From NCBI GenBank assembly GCA_002269645.1, contig NIVC01000341.1, forward strand, positions 1 through 64,000: a stretch of 64,000 bases of DNA, read 5' to 3'. The notes beneath the pieces were generated by a model. The model was not told where the DNA came from. It was given only the letters and a program-made list of their open reading frames with translations, and searched no databases. The translations under genes and the position numbers were made by a program. Below, in pieces: positions 1 through 11,400 of this stretch. Each line of letters starts with the position of its first letter. The stretch's first letter is position 1. This DNA comes from Macrostomum lignano (lineage: Eukaryota).

Positions 1-420
1 AAGGGAGAGGGAAGGAGAGGAAGGGAGAGGAAGGAGAGGAAGGGAGAGGGAAGGCGAGAGAAGGAGAGGAAAGGAGAGAGAAGGACAGAGGCGGCAGGGA
101 GAAGGAGAAAGAAGGAGAGAGGAGAGGGAAGGAGAGGAAGGAGAGGGAAGGAGAGAGGAGAGGGAAGGAGAGAGGAGAGGGAAGGAGAGAGGAGAGGGAA
201 GGAGAGAGGAAAGGGAAGGAGAGAGGAGAGGAAGGAGAGGAAGGGAGAGGGAAGGAGAGAGGAGAGGAAGGAGAGAGGAGAGGGAAGGAGAGAGGAGAGG
301 GAGGGAGAGAGGAGAGGGAAGGAGAGGAAGGGAGAGGGAAGGAGAGGAAGGGAGAGGGAGGAGAGGAAAGGAGAGAGAAGGAGAGAGGCGGCAGGGAGAA
401 GGAGAAAGAAGGAGAGAGGA
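1..420. repeat. Purine-rich (GA/GGAGA) low-complexity tract
   Basis: Almost pure G/A; it is the reverse-complement counterpart of the CT tract at 1865-2100 (both contain gagaggcggcag/ctgccgcctctc). Confidence 0.9.
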
Positions 421-1864
421 GAGATAATTGCGGAACGGCAACGGACTGCCCAAACTCTCCTCTCTCCTTTTCTTCTTCTCTCTCCTGTCCCCTCTCTCCT
501 TCTCCCATAGAAATTGATAGAGATTGCAGAGAAATTGATTTTTTGCAAAGGTTTCAAAGTTTTGAGCATCTCTTCCCCGCCTTTTAAAGCCGTCATCAGC
601 AAGAATGAGATCATGCTATGATCACGCAAGTTCCACGTGACAAAAATTTGAGTCACTTATCAACGCATCCTGACAGCATGTCTACATAGCTTGTAGAAAC
701 AATTGGGACTATTTTTGTGTGCATTGAACAGAGGCAGGAGGAACTAAAAATTCCTTCCACATAATGACGAACAATAGAAAAGAGAGAGAGAAATCGAATG
801 GGGGTAGACAGCGCCTCACTGAATGACTAAACAGCGAGATTAGCAAGGCTGGTTTGGGAAGAGATTGAATAGGCGGTCTTCAGTCACCCTCCGAACATCT
901 CACACAGATCGATCGATATTCGAGATGGGGTGAGGGGCACTGGGGAGTCATTATGCGGATTGCCCTTTGCCCTGGGGTCCCCGCTTTTGCCCAACAGCGA
1001 ACTCGAGAATCATAAACCTTGCAGACCTCATAGGCGATATGGAAGTGACACTCTCAAAAAACAAGACCGTTGTGACCAACTCAGACGGATTCGTTCTAAT
1101 CTGGACTAACCAGTAGGACTAAAAGCAGTTTAGTCCCATTTTAGAATAGATAGCAACTGAATGCAAGGCGCATAACAATTGCGATTACCGTCACCTTACC
1201 GCGCACACAACTGTATTTTCTATTTTACTGGAATTATTACTGATATCCCTAGATTTCTGAGATGCAGCAAATATAAATGTTCGTCACATTCAGTTCGCCA
1301 TTGACTCCCAGAAAATCATTGCATTAGCAATAGGTGGAAACGATGTCTCAGTTAATGGCTGCAGCCAAGAGAAGCTAAAAGAAAGGTTTGAGGGCGCATT
1401 GCGTCATCCCGTAGACAGTCGGTTGGGGACCACAAGAGTATAGATTTGGGGTTGAAAGCATTCTTGTTAATGCTTCAAAGATTTTGCACCTTTGCCCCCC
1501 TCAGTTAAACGGAACAGAATAAGGGACTGAATTGTCCCCTGCTATGTATGCTATGTGCAAATCATTTCTATTCTGCTCGGACAAAATCTTGGAGGAAACC
1601 ATTTCTCACAGGTTCCATGCCTCCCTACCTCCCGACAATGGGGTAAATGCTTTCTCAGAGTTGTGCAAGAAAATTCAGATACACAAAACCCCTCTCTCTC
1701 TCATAGGTGACTGAAGATCTCTCTCTTTCTCTCTCGCTCACCTTCTCATTATTGCTGATGGCGGCTTCAGGAAGAGATACTCGAAATTGTAGTTTGAATC
1801 CTTTGCAAAAATATAAATTTGTATGCATTTTATTATTGTGGGAGGGGCAACGGACTGCCCAAAC

Positions 1865-2100
1865 GGCCTCTCTCCTCTCTCTACCACTTCTTTCCTTCTC
1901 TCTGCCGCCTCTCTCCTTCTCTTCTCGTCTCTCCTTCCATCTCCCTCTCTTCTCGTCTCTCCTTCCATCTCCTTCTCTCTGCCGCCTCTCATCCCTGCCA
2001 CCTCTGTCCTTCTCTTCTTCTCTCTGCTCTCTCCTTCCTGCCACTTCTCTCCTCTCTCCTTCTCCATGCCGCCTGTCTCCTTCTCTCTATCTCTCTCTCT
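1865..2100. repeat. Pyrimidine-rich (CT) low-complexity tract
   Basis: Almost pure C/T; the ORFs predicted here are low-complexity artefacts. Confidence 0.9.
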
Positions 2101-2477
2101 CCTTGTTTTGTATAAAAAAGCGCTTCAACATTTCAGCCCTTTGATTTTCGGTGACGTAATGGCCAGACATCAATAAATATTAATCCAGATTAATCGAAGC
2201 ACTCAAGGCTATATATATGACAAATAGCAAGCATGGCTTTAAATCTCGTTCATAAGTTGCTGCTATATAAAGGAAAAAGTAGCATAGTCAGGAAGGAATA
2301 TGGATTCCTGGGCCATCCCATCCCCATTGGCCTAGCCAATAGGAGCGCATTTCACACAGTTTTCCACGGAATTTCGCGACCGCTCCGCGGAAATTTAGAC
2401 CCTTTCCACGGACCCAACTGTACATTAGAACGCGAGCTGAGAATGTCGTTAAATGAGCGTCTGCGAAGTGAGATGCG

Positions 2478-3112
2478 CCCCTCTCGTCTATTGCGTCCCT
2501 CTCGTGTATATTATGGCGCCCCTCTCGTGTATATTATGGCGCCCCTCTCGTGTATATTATGTCGCCCCTCTCGTGTATATTATGGCGCCCCTCTCGTGTA
2601 TATTATGTCGCCCCTCTCGTGTATATTATGGCGCCCCTCTCGTGTATATTATGTCGCCCCTCTCGTGTATATTATGGCGCCCCTCTCGTGTATATTATGG
2701 CCCCTCTCGTGTATATTATGTCGCCCCTCTCGTGTATATTATGGCGCCCCTCTCGTGTATATTATGTCGTCCCTCTCGTGTATATTATGGCGCCCCTCTC
2801 GTGTATATTATGGCGCCCCTCTCGTGTATATTATGTCGTCCCTCTCGTGTATATTATGGCCCCTCTCGTGTATATTATGGCGCCCCTCTCGTGTATATTA
2901 TGGCGTCCCTCTCGTGTATATTATGGCGTCCCTCTCGTGTATATTATGGCGTCCCCTCGTGTATATTATGGCGCCCCTCTCGTGTATATTATGGCGTCCC
3001 CTCGTGTATATTATGGCGTCCCCTCGTGTATATTATGGCGTCCCCTCGTGTATATTATGGCGTCCCCTCTCGTGTATATTATGGCGCCCCTCTCGTGTAT
3101 ATTATGGCGCCC
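2478..3112. repeat. 23-bp minisatellite (cgcccctctcgtgtatattatgg)n, ~27 copies
   Basis: Directly visible tandem array with minor variants. Confidence 0.95.
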
Positions 3113-4483
3113 CCGCTCTTATGTTTAAAATCGGCCCCCTCGTTTTATATTTCGAAATCCGCCACTGACGCGTTTACTTCAAACCGATGGAGTTCTAACC
3201 TTTTTTTCATTTAAAAAAGCACACTGACAGTTTAAACCGAAAGAAAGCTGGGGCTATTATTAGCCATTAGCACGCGAGCTGCGAATGCCGCTATGTGAGT
3301 GTCTGCGGAGTGAGATGCGGATGGGGGGTCATTATTATTTCAAGCAACCTCCCAGCCTCCGAGGTTGTTAAGATTATAAATTGCACTAGAGGGGCGTTAC
3401 TGTCTCGAGAACTTCTATTGAAGTGGTATAGGACCGGAAAATAACGAGTGGAAAAAAACAATGAGAGCTTGTCTGAGGGCTCGGACATTGAGTAGTTTAA
3501 AACAGCCGAGTGGGCAGGAGGACGGCAATTAAATTCTCTTGTATTCGCTCGCGCGTGTTCTCTCAACGGTGCAGGGACGTCTAAATTTATATAGACGTCT
3601 GGATAGATAATTGACTGGCTCCGTCTGCAACAGGGCAACCATGTAGATACTGTCACCCCCCCCCCCCACCCAAAAATATCCCCCAGCTAAAGGTAGATGT
3701 GTAGGCCATTAATCCATCTAAGGCAGCTGATGGCAATGTAAACTGGCTAGTTAAAATTTTGTCGAGGTTTGATGCTTGTAAAAAACTCTTTTACCAGTCC
3801 AGATACTGTTTTCAGGACTCCCCTGTCGCTATTTTTTATGCAGTTATGAACTTTCTTTCCTCAACAGGTATATGGCGCCATTTTCTTACGGAAGGTGATA
3901 TAGAATTAGCACACACGGAGTTGGTAGCCAAGGTGCGGGTGAGGCTGCTACCCCCCCCCCCCCCAACCCCAAAGAGCAATTACAGCTTCTTAACGATGCG
4001 TTGCCATTAGAAACAACGGCTTCATTATGCTTTGCTCAAACCCCTCTATAGACGATACTTACGAATTTTATTGTTTTTTTCTGTCACCCGTTCGGGTTAA
4101 GCTATACAGAGAAACAAGCATGCAATGACAAGCTATTTTTAATGAAGAGTGTCATTTCATTAGTTACGAAAACCTTAGGTGCTACCTTAGCTAATGACGA
4201 ATCGACTCAATAGAGCTGGACAACCTGTGGATTATAACATTAATTACCAATCAAAAATTGTTTGTACAGCGGCTTCCACTCTTGTTTGTTTATTTCAAAT
4301 ATGACAGCGGCTGAACAGTGGCACTGGTTCAGGTTGATTCGGAATGAACTATGAGAAGGAACTATGAGAAAGTCAGGTAAATGCGCCAACGTGTCAGTTG
4401 AATGTGAAGCTCTGTCAGTCGGGTGAGGCCCTTTGTAAGTTAAGTTGAGTTGAATGTGGTCAGTATCATTGGCGCGTGGTGCG

Positions 4484-4585
4484 TCAGTTGGTGTGTCAGT
4501 TGGTGTGTCAGTTGGTGTGTCAGTTGGTGTTTCAGTTGGTGTGTCAGTTGGTGTGTCAGTTGGTGTTTCAGTTGGTGTGTCAGTT
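4484..4585. repeat. 12-bp tandem repeat (gtgtcagttggt)n, ~8 copies
   Basis: Directly visible tandem array. Confidence 0.9.
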
Positions 4586-5414
4586 AGCCCGAAGTCCTGT
4601 GTCAGCCAGGCGAGTCTCTGGGTCAGCAATTTGCATCTGGATTGGTTGCGTTTTAACCAATTCCAAAGTTGACTGATTAGAAAAAAAATCAGTTTAATAA
4701 AACTTACTTGCGATTGTCGTAGCAAGGGCTATGAAAAGTATGAGGTGAATATTATATAGCACTGCGCTCAACAGTAGATTTCAGTTGCTGTACGTCCAAA
4801 TGGAAAGTGAGTTCAGATATCATATTGAAAAAGAACAGCAATTTACAAGCCTCAACGGTTTTTTTTCAACAAAAATATTTCAATGTGCTTTTATATTTAG
4901 CTGTGAATACAGGAGGATGGTAACTTTATGCCAAAACGGTTAGAAAATATTAGAATTCACACACTGAAAGAACTTAAAACAAAGGGAAAAAACAAGAGGT
5001 CATTGGACGGTCATTAATTCATAAATACTCGAAAAGATTGATAAATAAAAGGCATACATATAGTTATTAGTTAATTTGGTTAAATAATCTGTGATCAAGT
5101 TTTCAATGATTGCTACCAAGTTAAAAAGCAAACTTAAACCAATGTAACAATTTTTATTAGTGTGCACATTTTTTTCTGAAAACAAATAGCAGTTACTCCT
5201 AATCCAAAAAATTGATTGTTGCCATGGTATTTTAAATATTGGCAGCATCCGTAGTTTGCGTAAAATAGATTGATAAATTAATAAAAACAATCATTGTATA
5301 ACTTATAATTAGATAGATAATATGATAGATAGCTAGCTCTTTTGCTAGTCAAAATCAAAGTCAAAGTTTTCAAATTCAACGCACACTCCCGAACAAGTTC
5401 AATAATTTAATCTG

Positions 5415-8400
5415 TTAACTTGTTCCGGACGTCGGGTTCACCAGCACTTCAACGGGAACCCTCGCTCTGAGGCCAAACACGATCGAAAGTACGACGACCG
5501 TAACGAGGACCACACCGCCAACCACGGACAGCGAGATGATCAAAGCCTGGTTTTCTGAAATACAGAAATATAGCATAAAAATGAAAAAAGTCAGTAAAAG
5601 ACAATAAAGCAATCGTTGGACTACCCTCTTATTCCTACTACATGGCCTATTTGGCCTACTTGGTCTTAGTCTCTCGCCTGACTAAACCCACCTCCGGCCG
5701 ACCCTCGCTAACCCGAACCCACTTCCAGCCAAACCTCGCCTGTTAAAATCAGCTTCCGACTATTAGACTGTAAAATATACAATTCTATACATAGTTGTCC
5801 ATTCCAGAGAAAGGACTATACAAAGAAGCAGTGCACTCACGATTGTTGGTTTCGCCTCCTGTCGCCGTGGTGGCACTGTCGACAACATCTACATTGATCT
5901 GCACCGAGACGCAGGCGCCGTTGACTTTGATCTTGTTGTGCGCACAGTCACAAGAATAGTTGCCGATGTTATTAATGCAGATGTAGTCACCGCCGCAAGG
6001 ATTCGTAGAGTTCACTCGACACTCGTTGATGTCCTGAATTCAAAATCGTTTCGATGCTTTCCATGACTTTTTCACTAACGCTAAACTTTACAAGAATTTT
6101 GTGATTGTGAAAGCAACTACTTTTCCGTTACAATATAGCACAGCTTCTTACCATAGCAGAAAATCATGTGACCGAATTCACACCTACGGAAATCATCCTT
6201 ACCTCGCATTCGTACAGAGCGTTCAGCTTGAAGCCCGCCATCGGACACGTGCACGTGTAGGACCCGTTCGTGTTCACGCACGTCTGGTTCTGATCGGCTC
6301 TGCACCGATTGTCCCCGGTGGCGCATTCGTCGATGTCCTCGCACAAACTGGAGTTGCTAGGCGACACCCGGAAGCCAGGAGTGGTGCAGTTGCACCGGTA
6401 GCCTGGGACCAAGTTGGTGCACTGCTCCTGACAGATGCCGGGAGTCTCCAGGCATTCGTTCGTATCTGCAGTTTATGTTTAAAAAACGTCAAGTCTAAGC
6501 ATCATCGGCAAAATCAAGAAGAAAATTAGTTAGAAAATTAATTCCCACAATACTTTGATAATATACATCGATAAAGAAAAGGTCCTGGATCTTACCTTCG
6601 CACACCTGTCCATCACCCACCATCCCATCGGGGCAGCTGTCACAGTAGTAACTACCGTTGCTGTACATGTGGCACATGCTGGCATTGTAGCAAGGATTCG
6701 GCTGTGCCGAGCAGGGCGTCACGTCGCACCTGTCACCTTGGTAGCCACTGGGACAGCTGCACTGTGCTCGGTAGAAGTTCTCTGCAGTGCGGTACAAATG
6801 AATTTTATACATTTGGTTTCACAACTTCATACTTGACCCTACAAAGTTAGTTAAAGAAGTAAATTTATAGTAAATGAAAGTAGTACCTCCAACCACTGTT
6901 TCCCCAGTCGTGTAGTTGAAGCTGTGCGTGGCCCCGTTCTCGCAGTCGATGTACAAGACGACTGGCGTCCAAGAAGTCGGTGCTCCCATCGAGTCAGTGG
7001 CCACGATCGTCAAGTTGAAAGCGCTGATGTTTATGCCGACCTGCCACACCAGCACGTTGCCGTCGAGCCACATCGACGTGTCGTTGCTGGGCTCCTGGAT
7101 GCTCAACACGATAGGATTTCCGTCTTTGTCGGTGACGTTGATGGTCAAGTTGAAAGTTGTCGACGAGTAGACCGTGATGTTTGTTGGCATGTTAAACTCT
7201 GGAGCAAAGTTTGAGGCCACCGCTTTTGCCGACACCTCCTGGCTGACCGCCAACGAAGCTTCTTCTGCAGCGTCGAGTGACTGCAGCTGTGCTGCGTCAT
7301 ACATGCAGCTCAAGTAGATGGACTGCTCTGCATTCCAGCAGGTCTGAAACATCAAAGCATTTAGTATTGAATTTAATGTGATATTGAGCAGCCAATAGTG
7401 TGATTGTCTACAAAGTGCCGACTTACCTTGTTTGCCGACGTCATGAGCTCCGAGTTGTTGTGGAACAGGTCCAACAAGTTATCCTTGTAGTCCTCGACAA
7501 ACACCGGAACGAAGGACATGTTACAGAAGTCCGCTCGAGTCTTTCCCGCTGGATATGGGAAGTGACTCACGTCGCTCGACTGCAGCGCCCAGCTCTGACC
7601 GAAGTGGAACAGGTCTCGCTCCGAGCTGTTTCCAGGAAAGAGGGTGCCGTTTCGTAGCTTGAAGTCGTCAGTCTTGTTTCCGTTGAAGTTTCCCATGAGT
7701 CCTTCCACTTCGCTGGCGTGTCTCAGCTGGTCGAGCTGCACCGATGCCTGCAGCAGACTAAGAACTCTGTCGACGGTCACGGAGAAGCCAGTGTCCGACT
7801 CGCTGATGCTGATGCTCTTGTTGTCGTTTGACTTCAGGGTGTACTTTTCGATGGTTGTGGAGTTCTCCTGTTCGGAGAAGTACGTGAGCACACTGCCCAA
7901 CAGCTCGTTGTCTTTGTACACGTCCAGGTCGTTTGAGCTCGTGTTAAGCAGAACAGAAATGGAACAGTTGTTGGAGCCGGCCTTGAGCGCAAATCCGATG
8001 AAAACGGTAGCCGATGCGGTGACATTCGGATTGAGTGACTTTGCCAGACCCGTTCTGGCTTGCAACTCGAGCATAGGAGCACTCTGCGAGCTGTTCCTGA
8101 TCATGTAGTACTCGCACAAGCCGTTGAAGGAGTACGTGATTCCGTCAATAGTGCTAATGTGAGGATCACCTCGATTGAAACCTGTTTCGTAAATTGAAAG
8201 AATCAGTTAAGACTTAGTAGTAAACTATTGCTAAGCTAAAATGACAAGTTCAGCCTGTTTGCTCACCCCAAGCCGGTTCGGTGTATTCTCGACTATTGCA
8301 CTTTGGGCGGAACTTCTTGTACTTTCCAATCACCTTGCCCGCTCGGCAAACATCGTAGCCATACGTCTCGTTTCTGAGCTGCTCGTCGTACTTGATCCAC

Positions 8401-11400
8401 CACCAGTAGTTCTGGTTCGTTCTCTCCAGAATCATGCTGTGTCCCGCTCCTTGCACAGTACTCTTGATTAAGGAGCCACTCTGGCGTCTGTCGAACATGA
8501 TGTTGCGCAACCGCCAGCGCATGCTCCACACCGAGTAGCCGGCATCGCAGTAATCCACGAGTTGGCCGTCCTTCTTCCAGTGTACCTTGAGCTTGTAGCA
8601 ACATCTTGGCGCAGCGTAGAACTGACACCGCATGAAACGGTTGCAGTACCAGTTCCACCACGGATAAGGACATACTGGCGGATTTGTAAAGTTCTGCACG
8701 CACTCAAATCTGCCTCGGAAGCACATGGTGAGCTTATAGTTTCCTTTCTCGTTCTGGTTTTTCTTGTCGCAAGAGTACTCATATGGCCAGTAGCGCCAGT
8801 CCAACACCGCTTGGCGCATGTCTCGAGGGCAAGTGCGGCAGCTCAACTTCGTCGTAAGAGGTCGTTTGCGCTCGTTGTCCATCCATTTTTTGCACTTGAG
8901 CTTGTCGCTAGGAGGAATGGAGTCCGCCATTATCCTTACGTGTCTTCCGACTTTTCCGACATTTCCCATGACCTTATTGTCGGTGACATAATTGCTGCGC
9001 CACCAGTAGTAGCTAAAGGGCAACCTGTCGAATTTCTGGTAACCGTCAGTGAAGCCTGCCGCGACGTAGAAGTACCGCCAGCGCCACTCGCTCATCTCGA
9101 ACTGTCCGTAGTTAAAGATGACGAAGGAGTGGCTCTCGTTTCTGGTGACGATTGCTTGGAAGCTGATGTGCTGCGGGAGTTTGCAGGAGTTTGATTCTGC
9201 TTAATAAAATTTAAAATTTCTATTGCAAGGCACCCAACATAATACGGTACATTTACTTTTCTACCTACGCAGTAGAACCTACACTGTTGCCTACCCATAT
9301 TAAAACGATGGCGAGGCATATATTATGCAAGACTGAAGGGCCTGTCTTACCTCCTGCTTGGGGTCGCAGTACTTGCAGTAGTATTGAGCCCAGCTGTACC
9401 CCAGCTGTTTATAGTAGTAGTTGCAGTAGCGATTACAGTAGTAAACGTAGTAGCTGTACGGCTGCATCTTATTCCAGGTGACGATGAGTGCATTCAGCGG
9501 ATTGTAGGTATCGCCTCCGCTGAAGCTGGTAATAATTTCCACAACCTTTTTCCAGTTCTGCGTGTTACTGTGCTGTGAGCTGTCCAGCAACTCGTAGTAG
9601 ACGGCGGAGTCTGGGTAGGCGAACGAATACCGGTAGGACCAATAGGGAAACACCATCGGCTTCACCAGGTAGGTGTACCAGGTAGGCCAGGTCAGCTGGT
9701 ACGGTGGATCCGAAAAGGACAGGTAGCCGTCTTTAGAAATCTGTATTAATTTCGTGTGGATTGCATAAATTAGCTAGCAAAATGGTTCGATTTGAATAGT
9801 CGAACAAGTTAATGGCTTGAGTCTGCATACCTTGCATACGGTGCTCTCTTGTGATCCGATGATGAACGGAGCTTCAGTTTCAATTGTAACGTAGCTGACT
9901 GTGTAGTTGTTGAAGTCGTATGTCGTCAGCTTTGTGCCATTGTCAGTGGAAAGAGTCATCAGTTCTGTAAGTCGGAAAATTTGACAAATTTACGGTTTTT
10001 TCGGGTACAGAACTTACAGTGTTATTCGGATTTTTTAATTGCGTATTTTTGTCTTACCAATGCAAGTGTATCCGTCGCCATAGTAACCAGGGCGACAGGC
10101 GCAAGAAAATGAGCCCGGATTGTTGCTGCAGATGGCGTTGACGTGACAAGGCGAACTGCTGCACTCGTCAATGTCTGCAATAGGGATTGTAGTTTGCTTT
10201 CAATTTCTAGGAAGTCTGATAGATTGACAATTTTAATATTTGCTTTTGTTAATATGGTATTTATATTGCATACAGAAAACCCAGACCGAGAAAGAAAATG
10301 CATACAAAAATATTACCTGTGTTGCAGTCGATGCCTGACCAGCCAGAGGGGCAAACGCACTGAAATGCATTCACTCGGTCAATGCAACTGCCTCTAAAGC
10401 AAGGCATTTGTGCGCAGTCATCGGTATCTATAAATATTGAATCAAGTAAGGTTGGCAAATATGGTTCCATATGTTGCTTGAATAGGCGTGACTTATTTGA
10501 AAATAACATAAATCAATTAAACTTACTGATTTCGCAAAGAGATCCTTGGTACCCAGGCAAGCAACTACATGTAAAGTACGTTTCTGTAGTGTGACAAGTG
10601 GCCCCATTTTTACATGGCGCACTGTTGCACAGCTTCGACGCGTCAACGATAACACTGCCGCTACTAGTAGTGCCAACAACAACTGGTGGCAGCGTAGTGA
10701 CACCTGCTACAGTAGACTGGGGAGCCGCACTCGATGGCTGATTAGCAGTGGACTGAGGAGCAGCGGTGGACTGAGGATCAGAACTGGACTGAGGAGCAGC
10801 GGTAGACTGGGGATCAGAACTGGACTGAGGAGCAGCGGTAGACTGGGGATCAGAACTGGACTGAGGAGCAGCAGTGGACTGAGGAGCAGCGGTGGACTGG
10901 GGATCAGAACTGGATTGAGGAGCAGCAGTGGATTGAGGAGCAGCAGTGGATTGAACATCAGAAGTTGATGATGGATAAGACTGCGGTTCGGCAGTGCTCG
11001 GCTGAGGTCCAGTCGAAGGCGGATCAGACTGCGGTTCGGCAGTGCTCGGCTGAGGTCCCGTCGAAGTCGGATCAGACTGCGGTTCGGCAGTGCTCGGCTG
11101 AGGTCCCGTCGAAGTCGGATCAGACTGCTGTTCAGCAGTGCTCGGCTGAGGTCCCGTCGAAGGCGGATCAGACTGCGGTTCGGCAGTGCTCGGCTGAGGT
11201 CCAGTCGGAGTCGGATCAGACTGCGGTTCGGCAGTGCTCGGCTGAGGTCCAGTCGGAGTCGGATCAGACTGCGGTTCGGCAGTGCTCGGCTGAGGCCCCG
11301 TCGAAGGCGGATCAGACTGCGGTTCGGCAGTGCTCGGCTGAGGCCCCGTCGAAGGCGGATCAGACTGCGGTTCGGCAGTGCTCGGCTGAGGTCCCGTCGA

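Noticed and set aside
780-1740. Possible Penelope/LINE RT fragment (GLPFAWGPRFCP...) between the foldback arms
   Set aside because: Only a weak motif resemblance, many stops, and no RT catalytic motif found.
2233-3214. ORFs over the 23-bp minisatellite (and 58370-59267 over the 21-bp one)
   Set aside because: Pure repeat translations with no domain or splice support.
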